The notes: a model not told the origin generated them from the sequence alone. 64,000 nt of DNA from Chiloscyllium plagiosum (GCF_004010195.1 NC_057718.1:103976342-104040341), one strand, 5' to 3'. Shown: positions 11,935 through 24,529, counted from the first letter of the stretch. Program-made: numbers and translations.

Positions 11935-13164
11935 AAACTGATGGAGAGAGTGGAGGAGCCCAGGGTCGGCCCTGCCCGTGTGTGTCTCCTCCACTCCAGT
12001 CTGCTTTCCAGCTTTGTTTTTCTTCTTTCTACTTTTGCTCTTCTTATTGTTTAATTCTCTTTTCTTCGTTTCCTTTTCTTTGAAGCCTTTTGTGGTGATT
12101 CAGAGGCATCGGCACGGCAACGAGAGCAGGCCTTCTGTGTAATGCCCGCAGCCACCAGGCCGTGTCTGTGATTGGAGACAGGACCGTTAGAGGCTGCAAC
12201 AACACAGCTCCTCCCGGTGATCGGGGTAAGGACACAATCCTCCCGGTGATCGGGGTAAGGACACAGCTCCTCCCGGTGTTCGGGGTAAGGACACAATCCT
12301 CCCGGTGATCAGGGTAAGGACACAGCTCCTCCCGGTGATCGGGGTAAGGACACAATCCTCCCGGTGATCGGGGTAAGGACACAGCTCCTCCCGGTGTTCG
12401 GGGTAAGGACACAATCCTCCCGGTGATCAGGGTAAGGACACAGCTCCTCCCGGTGATCGGGGTAAGGACACAATCCTCCCGGTGATCGGGGTAAGGGCAC
12501 AATCCTCCCGGTGATCGGGGTAAGGACACAGCTCCTCCCGGTGATCGGGGTAAGGACACAGCTCCTCCCGGTGATCGGGGTAAGGACACAATCCTCACGG
12601 TGATCGGGGTAAGGACACAGCTCCTCCCGGTGATCGGGGTAAGGGCACAATCCTCACGGTGATCGGGGTAAGGACACAGCTCCTCCCGGTGATCGGGGTA
12701 AGGACACAATCCTCCCGGTGATCGGGGTAAGGACACAGCACCTCCCGGTGATCGGGGTAAGGACACAGCTCCTCCCGGTGATCGGGGTAAGGACACAGCT
12801 CCTCCCGGTGATCGGGGTAAGGACACAATCCTCCCGGTGATCGGGGCATCAGCATCATCAGTAACAACAAGATGGTGGCTCTTCTTGGTGATTAAGTTTA
12901 GCCTCGCAGGCTGACCTAGACGCTAGGCCTTGGCTAGGCCGGAGCCTGCCCCAGTGACTGAACATTCCAAACACTGTTACGGAGATCAGACTTTGAATTT
13001 TATGATCTGGACTTTTTCTTATATTATGGCTCTTCCTTAAAAGAATAATTCTGTTTTTTTAAAAATTCTGCTTTTGGAACCAAGATGGTGCCAGAGAATA
13101 GTGACTCTGTATACTTTTCATTGTACTCCTGTATTTGAGTACCTGTGACAATGAAACCAAATTC
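11935..13164 (+). mobile_element. Composite non-autonomous element with a Rex1-like 3' tail (copy 1), inserted in an old minus-strand CR1
   Basis: 3' end aagatggtgccagagaatagtgac...cttttcattgta...tgtgacaatgaaaccaaattc resembles the Rex1 tail at 622-690 and the element at 35453; CR1-like sequence lies on both sides. Confidence 0.6.
12203..12846. repeat. 30/29-bp minisatellite (cacagctcctcccggtgatcggggtaagga / cacaatcctcccggtgatcggggtaagga)
   Basis: Near-perfect tandem array with two interspersed unit types. Confidence 0.97.
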
Positions 13165-13611
13165 TAACTTATTCTCTAAGAGCCTCGCCTTTTGTGTCTC
13201 CCTTTTATAGATATTCAAAGGAGCTCTTCCTGTCCATTTTTATATTAGTTGCTAGTTTGCCTCATGGTTTATTTTCCCGGTATTTATTACTTTTTGGTCA
13301 TGTTGTGTTGACTTCTAAAACATTCCCAATCCCTTAGTTAACCACTAGTCTTTTCCTATGTTCTGGGATATGGTCAATGTATTTCTGGGTCATACAAAAA
13401 GCAAGGAATTTGGGGATAATGACAGGAAGTCGAGTTGAGATTGAAAATCAATTGTGGTTTTATGGATTAACAGAGTAGGCTTGAGGGACTGAATGGCACA
13501 CGCCTATTCCTGTGTCTTCTGTCTTAGGTTTGGCCTTCCAAGATGATTGTACATTTTCCAAAGACGTATTTGTTTCCGGACACAATGTGTGTCATAGAAA
13601 TTAAACCAGGA

Positions 13612-13795
13612 GAAAATCATGCAACACCAGGTTAGAATCCAACAGGTTTATTTGGCAGCACTAGCTTTCAGAGCGCCGTTAGTGCTCCCAAATAAACCAG
13701 TTGGACTATAACCTGGTGTTGTGTGATTTTTCATCTTGCGGCTGCTGATAATGCTGCAGCCCCGATCACCGGGCCAACACTGGCTCCTCCACATT
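13612..13795. mobile_element. Penelope-derived inverted-repeat element (second family)
   Basis: Arms caacaccaggttagaatccaacaggtttattt / aaataaaccagttggactataacctggtgttg; same family as 31760-31846 and 35621-35747. Confidence 0.7.
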
Positions 13796-14394
13796 GGGGA
13801 TAATATCAGCTGCAGATATATCCCACGTGAGTATCTCGTAGGAAATAGAAGCTGAGGCTAAATTCTTCTGATACCTTTCTGCTCAATCTAATAATATTTA
13901 AAGTAGCAGTTAGTACTGTGCATCGGAAAACAATTCCCTGGGAAAAAGTCCACGTTAATTTTCTGCATTATAAGGAGTAGTAAGGAAGTCAACAATGTCC
14001 CATTATTTTCTTCAGTTATTCATTCACTGCTAATAAATTTGTTTTGTCATTTATCGCCCAAACTGTGGTCTAGTGAAATGTTTATTTTATGATGTTCCAA
14101 AGTCAATGAAGATATAATCAGTAGTCTATACACAATAATGAGGGTTTACTGTTAAAACCCCGAACATGTTACAAACTACTTATACGGTAAGTAAGTAAAG
14201 ATGTGCCACAGTTCAAAGGGAACAAGGATTTGGTACAGGGGTGAGTAAGACGGTCAGAATGCAACAAGGTTTGTGGTTAGGATTTGTGTGCTTTAACAAT
14301 GTGGTCACATGCGCTGAGCATTGACAGAATCAGAGATAAAAGTTAGCTGGGTCTGTTGCCTCCATAGTTTTCTCTTCCTTACGATCCTGGAGCG

Positions 14395-14790
14395 ACCACA
14401 TCCACAAGCATCCACTCCCTCCACCACTAACATTCAGCACATTCAGCAGCAGCGGGTACTATCTACAGGATGCACTGCAGAAATTCACCAAAAATTCTCA
14501 TTCAGCTCCTACCAAACCCATCGAGAAGGACAAGGGCAGCAGATACATGGGAACACCACACAACGCAAGTTCCCCTCCAAGCCACTCAGCATCCTGACTG
14601 TTATCTTCAATGTCACTGGGTCAAAGTTCTAAAACAGTCCTCCAGAAACATAGCGACTTCCCCCTACACCCCATGGACTGCAATAGTTCAAGAGGTCGAT
14701 TTGACGACTCACCACCACCTTCTCAAGGGGCAATTCGGATTGTGTAATAAATGCTGGATCCCCCCCTGCACGTCACAAATGGACGAAAGC
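14395..14790 (+). mobile_element. Old LINE (L2/CR1-group) 3' fragment
   Basis: tctacaggatgcactgcag...caccaccttctcaaggggcaatt...aataaatgctgg; this 3' end recurs near 19790, 34450 and 56800, and inverted near 21870, 31490, 44365, 54570 and 55405. Confidence 0.6.
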
Positions 14791-16647
14791 AAAGATGTGG
14801 CCTACCCCTAGGAGGTGAATTTTCTGGAGGATGTTGATATTTCAGTCATCTCTATGTTGTTAAGCCCAGCAGAATGCCAGACCTTGTTTGGGATTTTGTC
14901 CTGGAATTGACCTTATCAAAATCCAGTGGGGAAACTTTAGAATTGAGGGTCATATTTAATGTTGATTGACCATGTCAACTGGTCACATCAGATTACCAAG
15001 CCAGTCATTAACTTAACGGTTTGCAACATTGCCAGCCCCCCAGTTCTGATTGGATATGGAACTCCAATACACAGAGCCCTCACTAACTGGAGCCTGCCTC
15101 ACTCAGAGGCCAGACTAACCAGCACTGCCCATCTGTGTGCAGGAGCAGAGTCCAACTGTAACAAGTGCACGCTTACCTCTGTCATATACTCTGTGGCAGT
15201 AATTCATAGCACACCAAGTTGAGGAAACTGTTCACAATGTACAAGCTAAGTTTGTTTCATTGCAATATATTGTTGAAATTATCTGGAATGAGCAAAGGGA
15301 ACATCTTTGGGTCTGGGTGGGTTGCTCTTCGGGGGGTAGGTGTGGACTTGTTGGGCCGAAGGGCCTGTTTCCACACTGTAAGTAATCTAATCTTTATAAC
15401 TGAAGACAGCCATCCAGGCTGCTCAATGATATTTACAACTGGACTGCCTCACTGTCCTCTCTCCTCTGTCCTTGTCTCCTCATTAATGTTGGTCAATATT
15501 TTGATTAATTTCTGCTCTTCACTGCCTCCTACTGGCATTTTCCACCACTTTCTACTGGCTGGTTTTCTCCTCTCCCCCTCTCTCTCTCTCTGTCACAACT
15601 TTCTTCTGTTTCGTTCATTGCTTTAAATGTTTTATTGCAGTCTAATTGCTGTTTGTCATTGCATTCCTGCAGGCTGTGTTGCTCCTACAAAGCACTGACA
15701 TCCAGAGCTTCTTATAGTCAGCTTCTTACTGAAAGCCCCATCTTTATACCCTGACACTGGAGGCACTATTAATGTTGACATTCCACAGCGTAAACATGAG
15801 CTATTTATACTGACGCCTTCTGAGACAACACCAGCCATATTCCAAGGAAGAATGAGGCTGGAGTGCCGTGATGGTAGTTGCTGTATCACTGTCTGGTTCT
15901 CCTCCTGCTGCTGAATGTAGCTTCTGCTAAGTTGCTGCTTTCTCCACATCCTCCCCATCTCACAGCTCATAGCTTCGATACAGCTGTGTGTCTTGCTGGA
16001 GCTCACTGCTAGCAATTTCCATAATATTGCAGCAGGGGTGCAATGAGTTGAGATTAACCTATGAGCCGTAATTGCTCATTTGCTAAATTGTTGCCGTGAT
16101 TGTTCTCTTCTTTGGCAATTTTCCTGCTGTTTGGAGTCATTTTCTAATGGGGAAATGATGTTGCCTTGCAGGATTTTGACTGTGCGCATGAAGTAAATGA
16201 TGATAATACGGTTTGCTAATGACTTGAATTTGCAACACCAAAAGCCAACATGGTGGTTGGCCAATTATCTGGGCATGTTTTTTTTAAGCAGAAGTGTTAC
16301 TATAACTAATCGAAAGCTACAATAATTATTCAATTTGGGTGTCTTGGTTGATAACAAAGCTAATTCTGAGCTGATCTGTTTGTTACAAAAACTTTTGCAC
16401 TTCTCCGTGACGTTCCTGTTATTGGAATTCATGGTGACCTATCAACACGTGGTTGACTGGAACAGCTCCCAGTTTAGTTTAATTACAGAAAGGGGGTTTT
16501 AAATGGCAGTAGTATGTATTATTGCGATCTCAGCTCATAAAATTCTGGCAACAATTAAAACAAAACCAACAATTTATTTTTTAAAAGCAAAACGGGAGGA
16601 ATTTCCAAGAGATTGTCCTAATTTTGGGTTGTAACTATGGCATGAAT

Positions 16648-16752
16648 TCAGTTCTGAGGAAGGGTCACTCAACCTGAAATATTAACTCTGATTTCTCTCC
16701 ACAGATGCTGCCAGACCCACTGAGCTTTTCCAGAAATTTCTGGTTTTGTTAC
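16648..16752 (+). mobile_element. Penelope-derived terminal fragment with a hammerhead-like core
   Basis: CTGAGGA-a-gggt..acct-GAAA at 16654-16679, followed by the arm seen at 2830-2900. Confidence 0.65.
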
Positions 16753-17319
16753 AGAATTCCTCACTTGGATTTAAGGGTATACGCCCACCTAGTTGAGGAC
16801 TCTTGTGGCACAGGGTTAGCGTTTCTGAACTGTGTGTTGAAAAGTCTAGGTTCAAATCCCACCTGTACCCAGGGTTTGAGCAGGCTGATTAAAGACATTT
16901 TTTAGGTATGTGTCGTATAGCTCTGTTTCTTTTTTCCCCAAGTACTGCCTCTTGAGTTCAAAGCGCTTTCCATAAAACATTTTACATTTCATTTACAACA
17001 TAGTCAAAAAACATGGTCTCCTAGAGTCTGGTATAGCTTCTACCACTCCTCCAGCTCATTCTACATAATCGTGCAACACTCGCACCATCACTACATCAGT
17101 TTACATTCTTCACCATAGAAATCTTCATCACTGTTAAAAGACATTTGGATGGATACATGAATAGAAAAGGTTTGGCTGGATCTGGACCAGGAGCAGGCAG
17201 CTGGGACTAGTTTAGTTTGGGATTATGTTCAGCGTGGACTGGTTGGACCTGGAAGGATCTGTTTCCCTGCTGTATGACATTTAAGTCTTCATTATTTTTC
17301 AACCTTGTCTTTATTGTAC

Positions 17320-17465
17320 AAATTCCTCACTGTTTTTCCATTCATTTGAGGATAATGAGGTGAAATTGTGACATGAATAAAATAGTGCTCACATGCAAAT
17401 CTCCTGACCTGATCATTTGCAAACTCTGGACCATAGTCTGAGGTTATAATGTCCAGAATTTTATG
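17320..17465 (-). mobile_element. Gypsy-type integrase core remnant
   Basis: Translation ILDIITSDYGPEFANDQVRRFACEHYFIHVTISPHYPQMNGK resembles the rve motif SDNGPQF...SSPRYPQSNG. Confidence 0.75.
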
Positions 17466-17494
17466 CTGACAAGACTTTCTTTGAGTTCTGCATG

Positions 17495-18450
17495 GATCAG
17501 TTGGACCTTTGTTGTTTGTAATATGTAATGACCTGGAGGAATACATAGGTGGTCTGATTAGTAAGTTTGTGGATGACACTAAAATTGACGAGTAGCAAAT
17601 AATGAGGAGGATTGTCAAATGATACAGCAGGATATACATAGATTTCAGACTTGGACAGAGAAATCCTGACAAATGTGAGGTGATGCATTTTGGAAGATCA
17701 AATTAATGGCAGAACTCTTAGGAGTATTGACATCGAGAGGGATCCCTGTAAGTGGTAGCACAGGTAGATTAGGTGGTCATGAAGGCATACAGTATGCTTG
17801 CCTTCATTGGCTGGGGCATTGAATATAAAAGCTGGCAAGTTATGTTACAGCTATATAAACCTTTAGGCCACACTTGGAATATTGTTTGTAATTCTGGTGT
17901 CCACACTACCAGAAGGACATTGATACTTTGGAGTGGGTGGAGAGAAGGTTTACCAGGATGCTTCCTGGTCTTGGGGGGGGGGTTTAGTTGTGAGGAGAAG
18001 TTGGATAAACTTGGATTGTTTTCACTGGAAAAATGGAGGCTGAGGAGCAACCTGATAGAGGTCTACAAAATAATTAGAGGCATAGATAGAGGTGGATAGA
18101 CAGAGGCTTTTTTCTCAGGGTGCAAAGGTCAACTACAAGTCGGCACAGGTTTGGGGGGGGGACTGTCGGGAAGGTTTTTCACCCAGAGGGTGGTGGGTGT
18201 CTGGAATGCACTTCTAATGAAGGTTGTGGAAGCAGGCACATTAGCAACATTTAAGGCATATCTTGATAGACACATGACCCGGGGCAAACAGAGGGATAGA
18301 TACTGCACATGGGCAGAAAGCGGTGGGTCTAAATTAGAAGTAGGAATTGGCACAGGCTTGGTAGGCCGAGGGGCCTGTTCCTGCACTGTACTGTATTGTA
18401 TTGTATTCTATTTTATTATTATATTGTTGTATTATATTGTATACTGCATT
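17495..18450 (+). mobile_element. CR1/HER1-like LINE fragment with a (tattg)n tail
   Basis: KAYSMLAFIGWGIEYKSWQVMLQLYK; LDKLGLFSLEKWRLRSNLIEVYKII; FFTQRVVGVWNAL. Confidence 0.9.
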
Positions 18451-19274
18451 ACATTGACTCTGTCACTGTTTCTGCTGTAATTCTGTGTAGATATTTACCT
18501 CCATCTATCTCAAGTAATTATCTGCAAAAATAATGAATTTGCCTTTGACGTTGAATAAGTCCATTCCCACGGTGAAAAAGATGATGGCGCTTTTGCCTTT
18601 TGGATGTTCTCCATACACTCACTGTAATTGCTGATCATTTCTTGTCTTGGGTTTGAAATCCCTGACCACCACATGACACTTTGTAATGCTCCTCATGGAT
18701 TCTCTGAAGATTTTAGGGTCTAAATGTTCTTGATATCACTCATCTTTCATTGGCACATCTTCAATGGGAGTGAGTTGTCCATGTTGCTCAACATGTTGAC
18801 ATGCTGTGACGTTAATTACTCTGTAGTCTGGCCCGCTTCAGGCATTGTTTCTTTACAAGGAGATAGCCTTTGCCACATCTTTGTGCTTAGCAGATTCCTT
18901 GGCATTTTCTCTCTGCTAAATATATAGTTGGTAGAAGTGGATCAGGGTGCGCTAGGATTTCTCACGAGATTGGGAGTTGCATGTTTTTGTGAAACACTTG
19001 TTCCTGGTTGACATTCCAACACCTTTGTTGACCCTGGTATGGTAGTAGTTTCAAAGACGTGTATCCTCCTGCCAACCTTAGCACCAAAAACACCTTTCCA
19101 CGTGATTGTAAGGAACCTCCAAAGCTCCCACACACACACTGCTGTCTCAGCTCTGTGCGTTTGAAACTCACACTGTTATCGGTTTTGTGGGGCTTCAGGG
19201 AACCCAGTTCCTACAGAGGAAGGGCCATGCATTGTCCTTCACCCAGACTCCTCACCAATCTGCAATCTCACTCT

Positions 19275-19735
19275 CCCAGGATGTTAGCTGCTCTGGGGGA
19301 TTTTAGCTCTGAAGAAAGGTTGGATAGACTGGGTTTGTTTTCACTGAAACACAGGAGGTTGAGGGTGGACTTGAAAGAAGATTATAAGATTGTGAATGGC
19401 ATGGATAGAGTGGGAAGTATGAGACTTTTTCGCAGGATGGGGGAGGGGTCAATTACTAGGGGGACACAGGTTTAATGTGTGAGGCAGGGAAAAATTTAAA
19501 AGAGATGTGTGAGGGTGAGGAGTGCCTGGAACATGGTGCCTGAGGAGGGGGTGGAAGCAGACACAATAGCAGCATTCAAGTAGCATCTGGATGAATTAAG
19601 GAATAGGAAGGGAATAGAGGGATACTGATCCTGTAAGGGAAGACAGTTTCAGTATGGAAGGGCAAAATGTGTCAGCACGGGCTTGGAGGGCCGAAGGGCC
19701 TGTTCCTGTGCTGCATTGTTCTTTGTTCTTCATTC
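19275..19735 (+). mobile_element. CR1/HER1-like LINE 3' fragment
   Basis: EERLDRLGLFSLKHRRLRVDL; 3' UTR gggccgaagggcctgttcctgtgctg. Confidence 0.85.
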
Positions 19736-21499
19736 TTCACAGCTGCCATCGACTTACTGCTTTTTGTTGGTGCGTAATGTCTTAGTGAAAAATAACCTGT
19801 CCTGCCTGCCTGGCCTGGCCTACTCATGACTCCAGACATGCAGCAATGTGGTTGGCTCCACTGCCCTGTGAAATGGCTGAGCAAGTGCCTCAGTTCAGGG
19901 CAATTAGGGACAGCAACAACTGCTCCCAAACCAGTGATAGCCAGATCCTCTGAGGGAATAAAAGACAAACAGAGCTCAGTGTCTGTAGTACACTGACGTT
20001 ACAAACTGGCTCAGACTGTAGTCGGGGGATGGAGTTGGTTGGTATTGAAATGTGATCACAAACTTTGCCCACTGTAAGCTGCGAATGTTGTCAAAAATGC
20101 AGAATTCACTTCAATCATGCCAGCAACTAAAACAGTTCCTCAAATGTTAAATATGTGCAAATATTTCATCTGCAAACCTTCAGGAGCCTTGTAATCATCA
20201 CCGTTCTGTTAAAATTGAACTGGACCTATTTGAAAATTTTAGAATTAATAACCTCTTTGCAAATGCAATACTTTTTTTCTGCAATCCACAGGTTAATGAT
20301 TAATTACATTTCTTAAAAACGATATTATGAAAATGCAGTTCAATATATTGGAAATGTAACCTCAACACTCATTAGGCCCCTAGATTTTAAAAAAACCTTC
20401 ATTGCTAATCTCTTTTCATGCCTTAAATAAGAGTAATCTGAATTAACTCTGTACACTGTGTTATCTGACAATTAACCCCTATCAAAGTCCAATGGCACCA
20501 TTTAAATACTCCATGTCAATCCAAGATGAGCTGTTAACTTTCACCTTGCAAGGCGTTTACAGCTTTATAAAATCCCGTTTGTTTTTATTTTCCATACATC
20601 TTCTTAATAAAGCCGGTCTTGGCATATTAAAACTTAATTTAACAACAAACAGTAGGAGGCCTTTGCGTTGCAGGAAGATGTGGTAAGTGTAGCAACTCCT
20701 GGGGGAGATGAGAGCTTTCACAGCCCTGCGTCTCTAAGGAAATCTGCAACTGTGCTAGAAACGGATTTTCGTGTATCCGAAACAGTAAACCAATCTCCAA
20801 GGTGGAGCTGTTTACCAATAAAGTGATCTCTCCCCAGATGCTGCCACTACCGCAGCTAATTAAGAGAACAATTAAGACCAAGACGATTACTCAAGTACAG
20901 AGGTACCAGCCATCTTCCTCATCTTGTGATGCTGTTGGTGTTCCCTGGGGACTGAGCCATACTCACTCATTCAGAAAATGACAGGAAGAGGCTATTAAAT
21001 ATCTGAAAGCCATAAAAATGCAATCATACTGTTCTCGAGTTTAGCAGCCCACCGGAGACCAATGCCTGGCAACTTTTGAAAATCTCTGGCCCCCGATTTC
21101 ACACACTCACAAATAAGATGATGAATCAGAGATAGCACAGAGCAGGATTTAATTAATGTGAGAAGATGGTGGAGATTCTGTTTGTTTACACCCCCCGCCC
21201 CCCCCAAAAAAAATTCATCAACATCGCTGTGCAACAACCTGAGGTTCAATTGTTTCTGCTGGATTTATCTCCATGCCCATCATTCAATGAATTGGCTCCA
21301 AAGAAAATAACTTTTCCAGTTTAAATGAACGTTTTAAAAATAAGCAAAGGGCTAGAAGTCATGTTGTAATTGCTATTGTTCTTGACCAATTACAAAAAAA
21401 AATTGAAATCAGGCACCCAAGCATGGGACTTTATTTATTTCAACTTAAGTTTCCCTGCACATTTTTTTTTCCTTGGAGGGTTGGCAGAAGGTAAATAAA

Positions 21500-21714
21500 G
21501 AGCTGAAAATGTGTTGCTGGAAAAACGCAGCAGGTCAGGCAGCATCCAAGGAGCAGGAGAATCGACGTTTCGGGCATGAGCCCTTCTTCCTGAAGAAGGG
21601 CTCATGCCCGAAACATCGATTCCCCTGTTCCTTGGATGCTGCCTGACCTGCTGCGCTTTTCCAGCAACACATTTTCAGCTCTGATCTCCAGCATCTGCAG
21701 TCCTCACTTTCTCA
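21500..21714. mobile_element. Young Penelope-derived palindromic element with a 15-bp target-site duplication
   Basis: CAGAAGGTAAATAAA at 21485-21499 and 21715-21729; ~90-bp near-perfect inverted arms. Confidence 0.85.
21590..21622 (+). ncRNA. Minimal hammerhead ribozyme-like core
   Basis: CUGAAGA-A-GGGC(UCAU)GCCC-GAAA-CAUCGAU-UC. Confidence 0.6.
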
Positions 21715-24529
21715 CAGAAGGTAAATAAACCCCACAAGCCTGTCACTTCCTCCTCCCTCCAGTAGGAGGGGCCTCTGGAGGAGAAGGAGCTGTAACAGAA
21801 AGTATCTCAAGCCTGAAGATAGCCAACAGGGTGGCTTCCCCCAAACATTTCAGAAGGTGGCTAAGGGCAGGAGTCACATGTGGCCAGACCAGGTTAGGAT
21901 TTCCTTATTTCCTGAAGGAACCAGCTGGGCTCTGACAGCACCTGAAAGCTGCCAGGGTACCATAACTGAGACAAACTGTCAATTCTAGATTTGATAGCTC
22001 ACTGAATTAGAATTCCACTAGTTGTAATGGTTAGATTTGCACCATGTTCCCAGGGTACTAACCAAAGCCTCTCTGGATTACTAGACCAGTGGCATTACCA
22101 CTACACCTGCACTTTCCCTTTGGCACCTTACAATGTCTCTGAATTCCTCAAGCAGACCATTCTCACTCACAATGCTGTTATCCCCTTCACCCTCAGGGTC
22201 TGAACCCTACTTTGGTTCCAGCCACAGCTGAACATTTCCGGATTGGGATTGGCAGGAGTCAGCCGGGTTTCCTTATCAAATGGGGACCAATTTAGTAGTG
22301 AGCCAACATTGGCCTCATCCGTATAAACATAGTCGCATTTCTAAACTCAGAGATGAGAGAGTCCTACAACCTCTGCCAAGATACCTCAAAAGGCACTAAA
22401 TCCCCTTGTGGAACTGTTCAAGGACACACGTGATGAATAGGCTTTGAGGGTTCTCCAGCAGTTACATATATCAATGTTTGGCTCCATTCTGCATCGCAAA
22501 CGTGCCATCCAGCCAACTGAGCTAACTGACCTCCCATTACTGTATTGGTTGATTTCCTTCTCAACTTCTCCCCTTGCCTGAGGCATGGTGACCCTCATAT
22601 TAAACCACCTTCAGTCATCTCTCTCTCTCTCTCTCTGTAATGAGAGAGCAGCCCTATGGTGTTATGGTAGGACTATGGCGACGTTACCTTTGTTATATCA
22701 AAGGTGAGATTCTGCAAGTGTTTCTCATGGAATGGGGTCCCAGTGGGCATGGTGTAAGTGTCTGGATCAGGCCTATTGCATCGTCAGATCAAACCACTGA
22801 GTATTTTGTCTTAATGAGATAAGGATAATAAAGAGAGCAGTGATTGAGACAATAATCCAACCGGTTGAGTTATGCACCACCAGACTGACTAACATTACAA
22901 AGCCTGACAGCACAGAGATGAATACACCCACGGAACAACTTGAATGGTCATTAAAAGATGAGTTTATTCATCTGAACATAATTTGGTGATGCCAATAACG
23001 CATCGAGAAAATCAATATGAGATTGCAAAACACACTATCAAATATCGCATAAATCAACTAGAAGAACATCAATTCTGAATAATTTAAAAATTCATCACTA
23101 GTTCATTCGCTTGTTAAATACTCTAGATATTTCAAATTTACCCAGTAATCAAATTGAGGAATATCTTCTTTATTATCAGTGACTTGCTGAATGTTTCACT
23201 TTGTTGGATACCTGCTAGCTGTTCCACTGCAGGTAATCAGTAACATTCCTTAATGATACCTCCATCCCAGAATGACATTAAGGAAAGACCTAGGTGCAAG
23301 ATGATAGGAGCAAGAGGAGGCCATTTGGCCCCTTCATCCTGCTTCCCCATTAAAAAGGTCATGGCCATCCCTAGACTTTGAGATAACAAGAAAACAAAAT
23401 GTGTGTAATCTGGAAAGACGGTTGAAGTAAGGTCCATTTCACAGCTTCATATCCCTGGCCTAAAATATTATTGGTGACAGTGGTCTCCGATTGGGACCCT
23501 ATCGACAATTGTGAGTTCTTGGAGATCTTTGTCACAGAGAGCTGTATATTTAAAACTGATAGATTCTTGATCAGTCTGGGAATCAAGGGGTTAAAGGGAA
23601 AGGGCAGGAAAGTGGACGTCAGGATTGTTGGATCAGCCGTGAACCTATTGCTGCTGTTCCTATTTCTTATAGCTTTATGATATATCTACATAATGAATGA
23701 ATGCTATTGGATAGCACAGAGGATTACTAACCTTCTAGCTACTGAAGATCTTGCAATGCTTTAACCAGCTCCATAGCTTCAGCATCACTGTCCCACAGCT
23801 GTGACTGGAGAGATAGCATCTGCAATCTGCAGAGAGCTTGAGATGGTGAAACGTTTTCTGCAGGGATTAACACATTCCGGGTGGCACCTGCTTTAACTTG
23901 CTCTTGCTCATATGATCCATGATTGCGAATGTTTTGAAACTAGATTATGATCCCTTCAGACTTAGCACAGTTTAACTTCATCATTACAATGATATATTCA
24001 GGAATGCTATTGATAGTTTTATACTTGAACATTGAATATTTTTCTTCAAAACATTGAATGTTTTCAAGAAGGATTTAGATATAGTTCTTAGGGCTAAAGG
24101 GACCAAGTTGTATGAGGAGAAAGTGGAGCCAGGATATTGAGTTGGATGATCAGCCATGATTACCCTGGATAGCAGTCAGGTTCAAAGGGCCGAATGGCCT
24201 CTTCCTGCTCTTGGTTTCTATGTTTCTATGTTGGGTAAGGGATATGGAGCAAAGGTGGGTGAATGGTGGAATATGGATTAATTATGTTCCAACAATGTCA
24301 ACCTTCATCTACATTACACCTGAGACAAAGAACTCTCATGCATATGTTTGTAATATACCCACTTTCAAAATACCACTCTGCAGGCTATGGCTAACTGATT
24401 GCTTTGGATGTTTAATCACTTTCACTTTCTTTATAAGTGTAGCAGTCCATTTTCACCAGGACATGGGAAAACACTTTCTGCTCAATGTCGAAGGTGCAAA
24501 AGGAGCAAGACAGCCATCTTTGTAGATGA

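Noticed and set aside
11991..12003. ccactccagtctg matches the 24-bp minisatellite unit
   Set aside because: Only 13 bp and in the wrong relative orientation for the two composite elements; likely chance.
12203..12846. 29-30-bp repeats with internal dyad symmetry resembling a CRISPR array
   Set aside because: Units are directly adjacent with no unique spacers, there are no cas genes, and the context is vertebrate.
18520..19030. Possible very old LINE ORF2 remnant on the minus strand
   Set aside because: Only a faint AISL..GPD-like trace; too decayed to support by eye.
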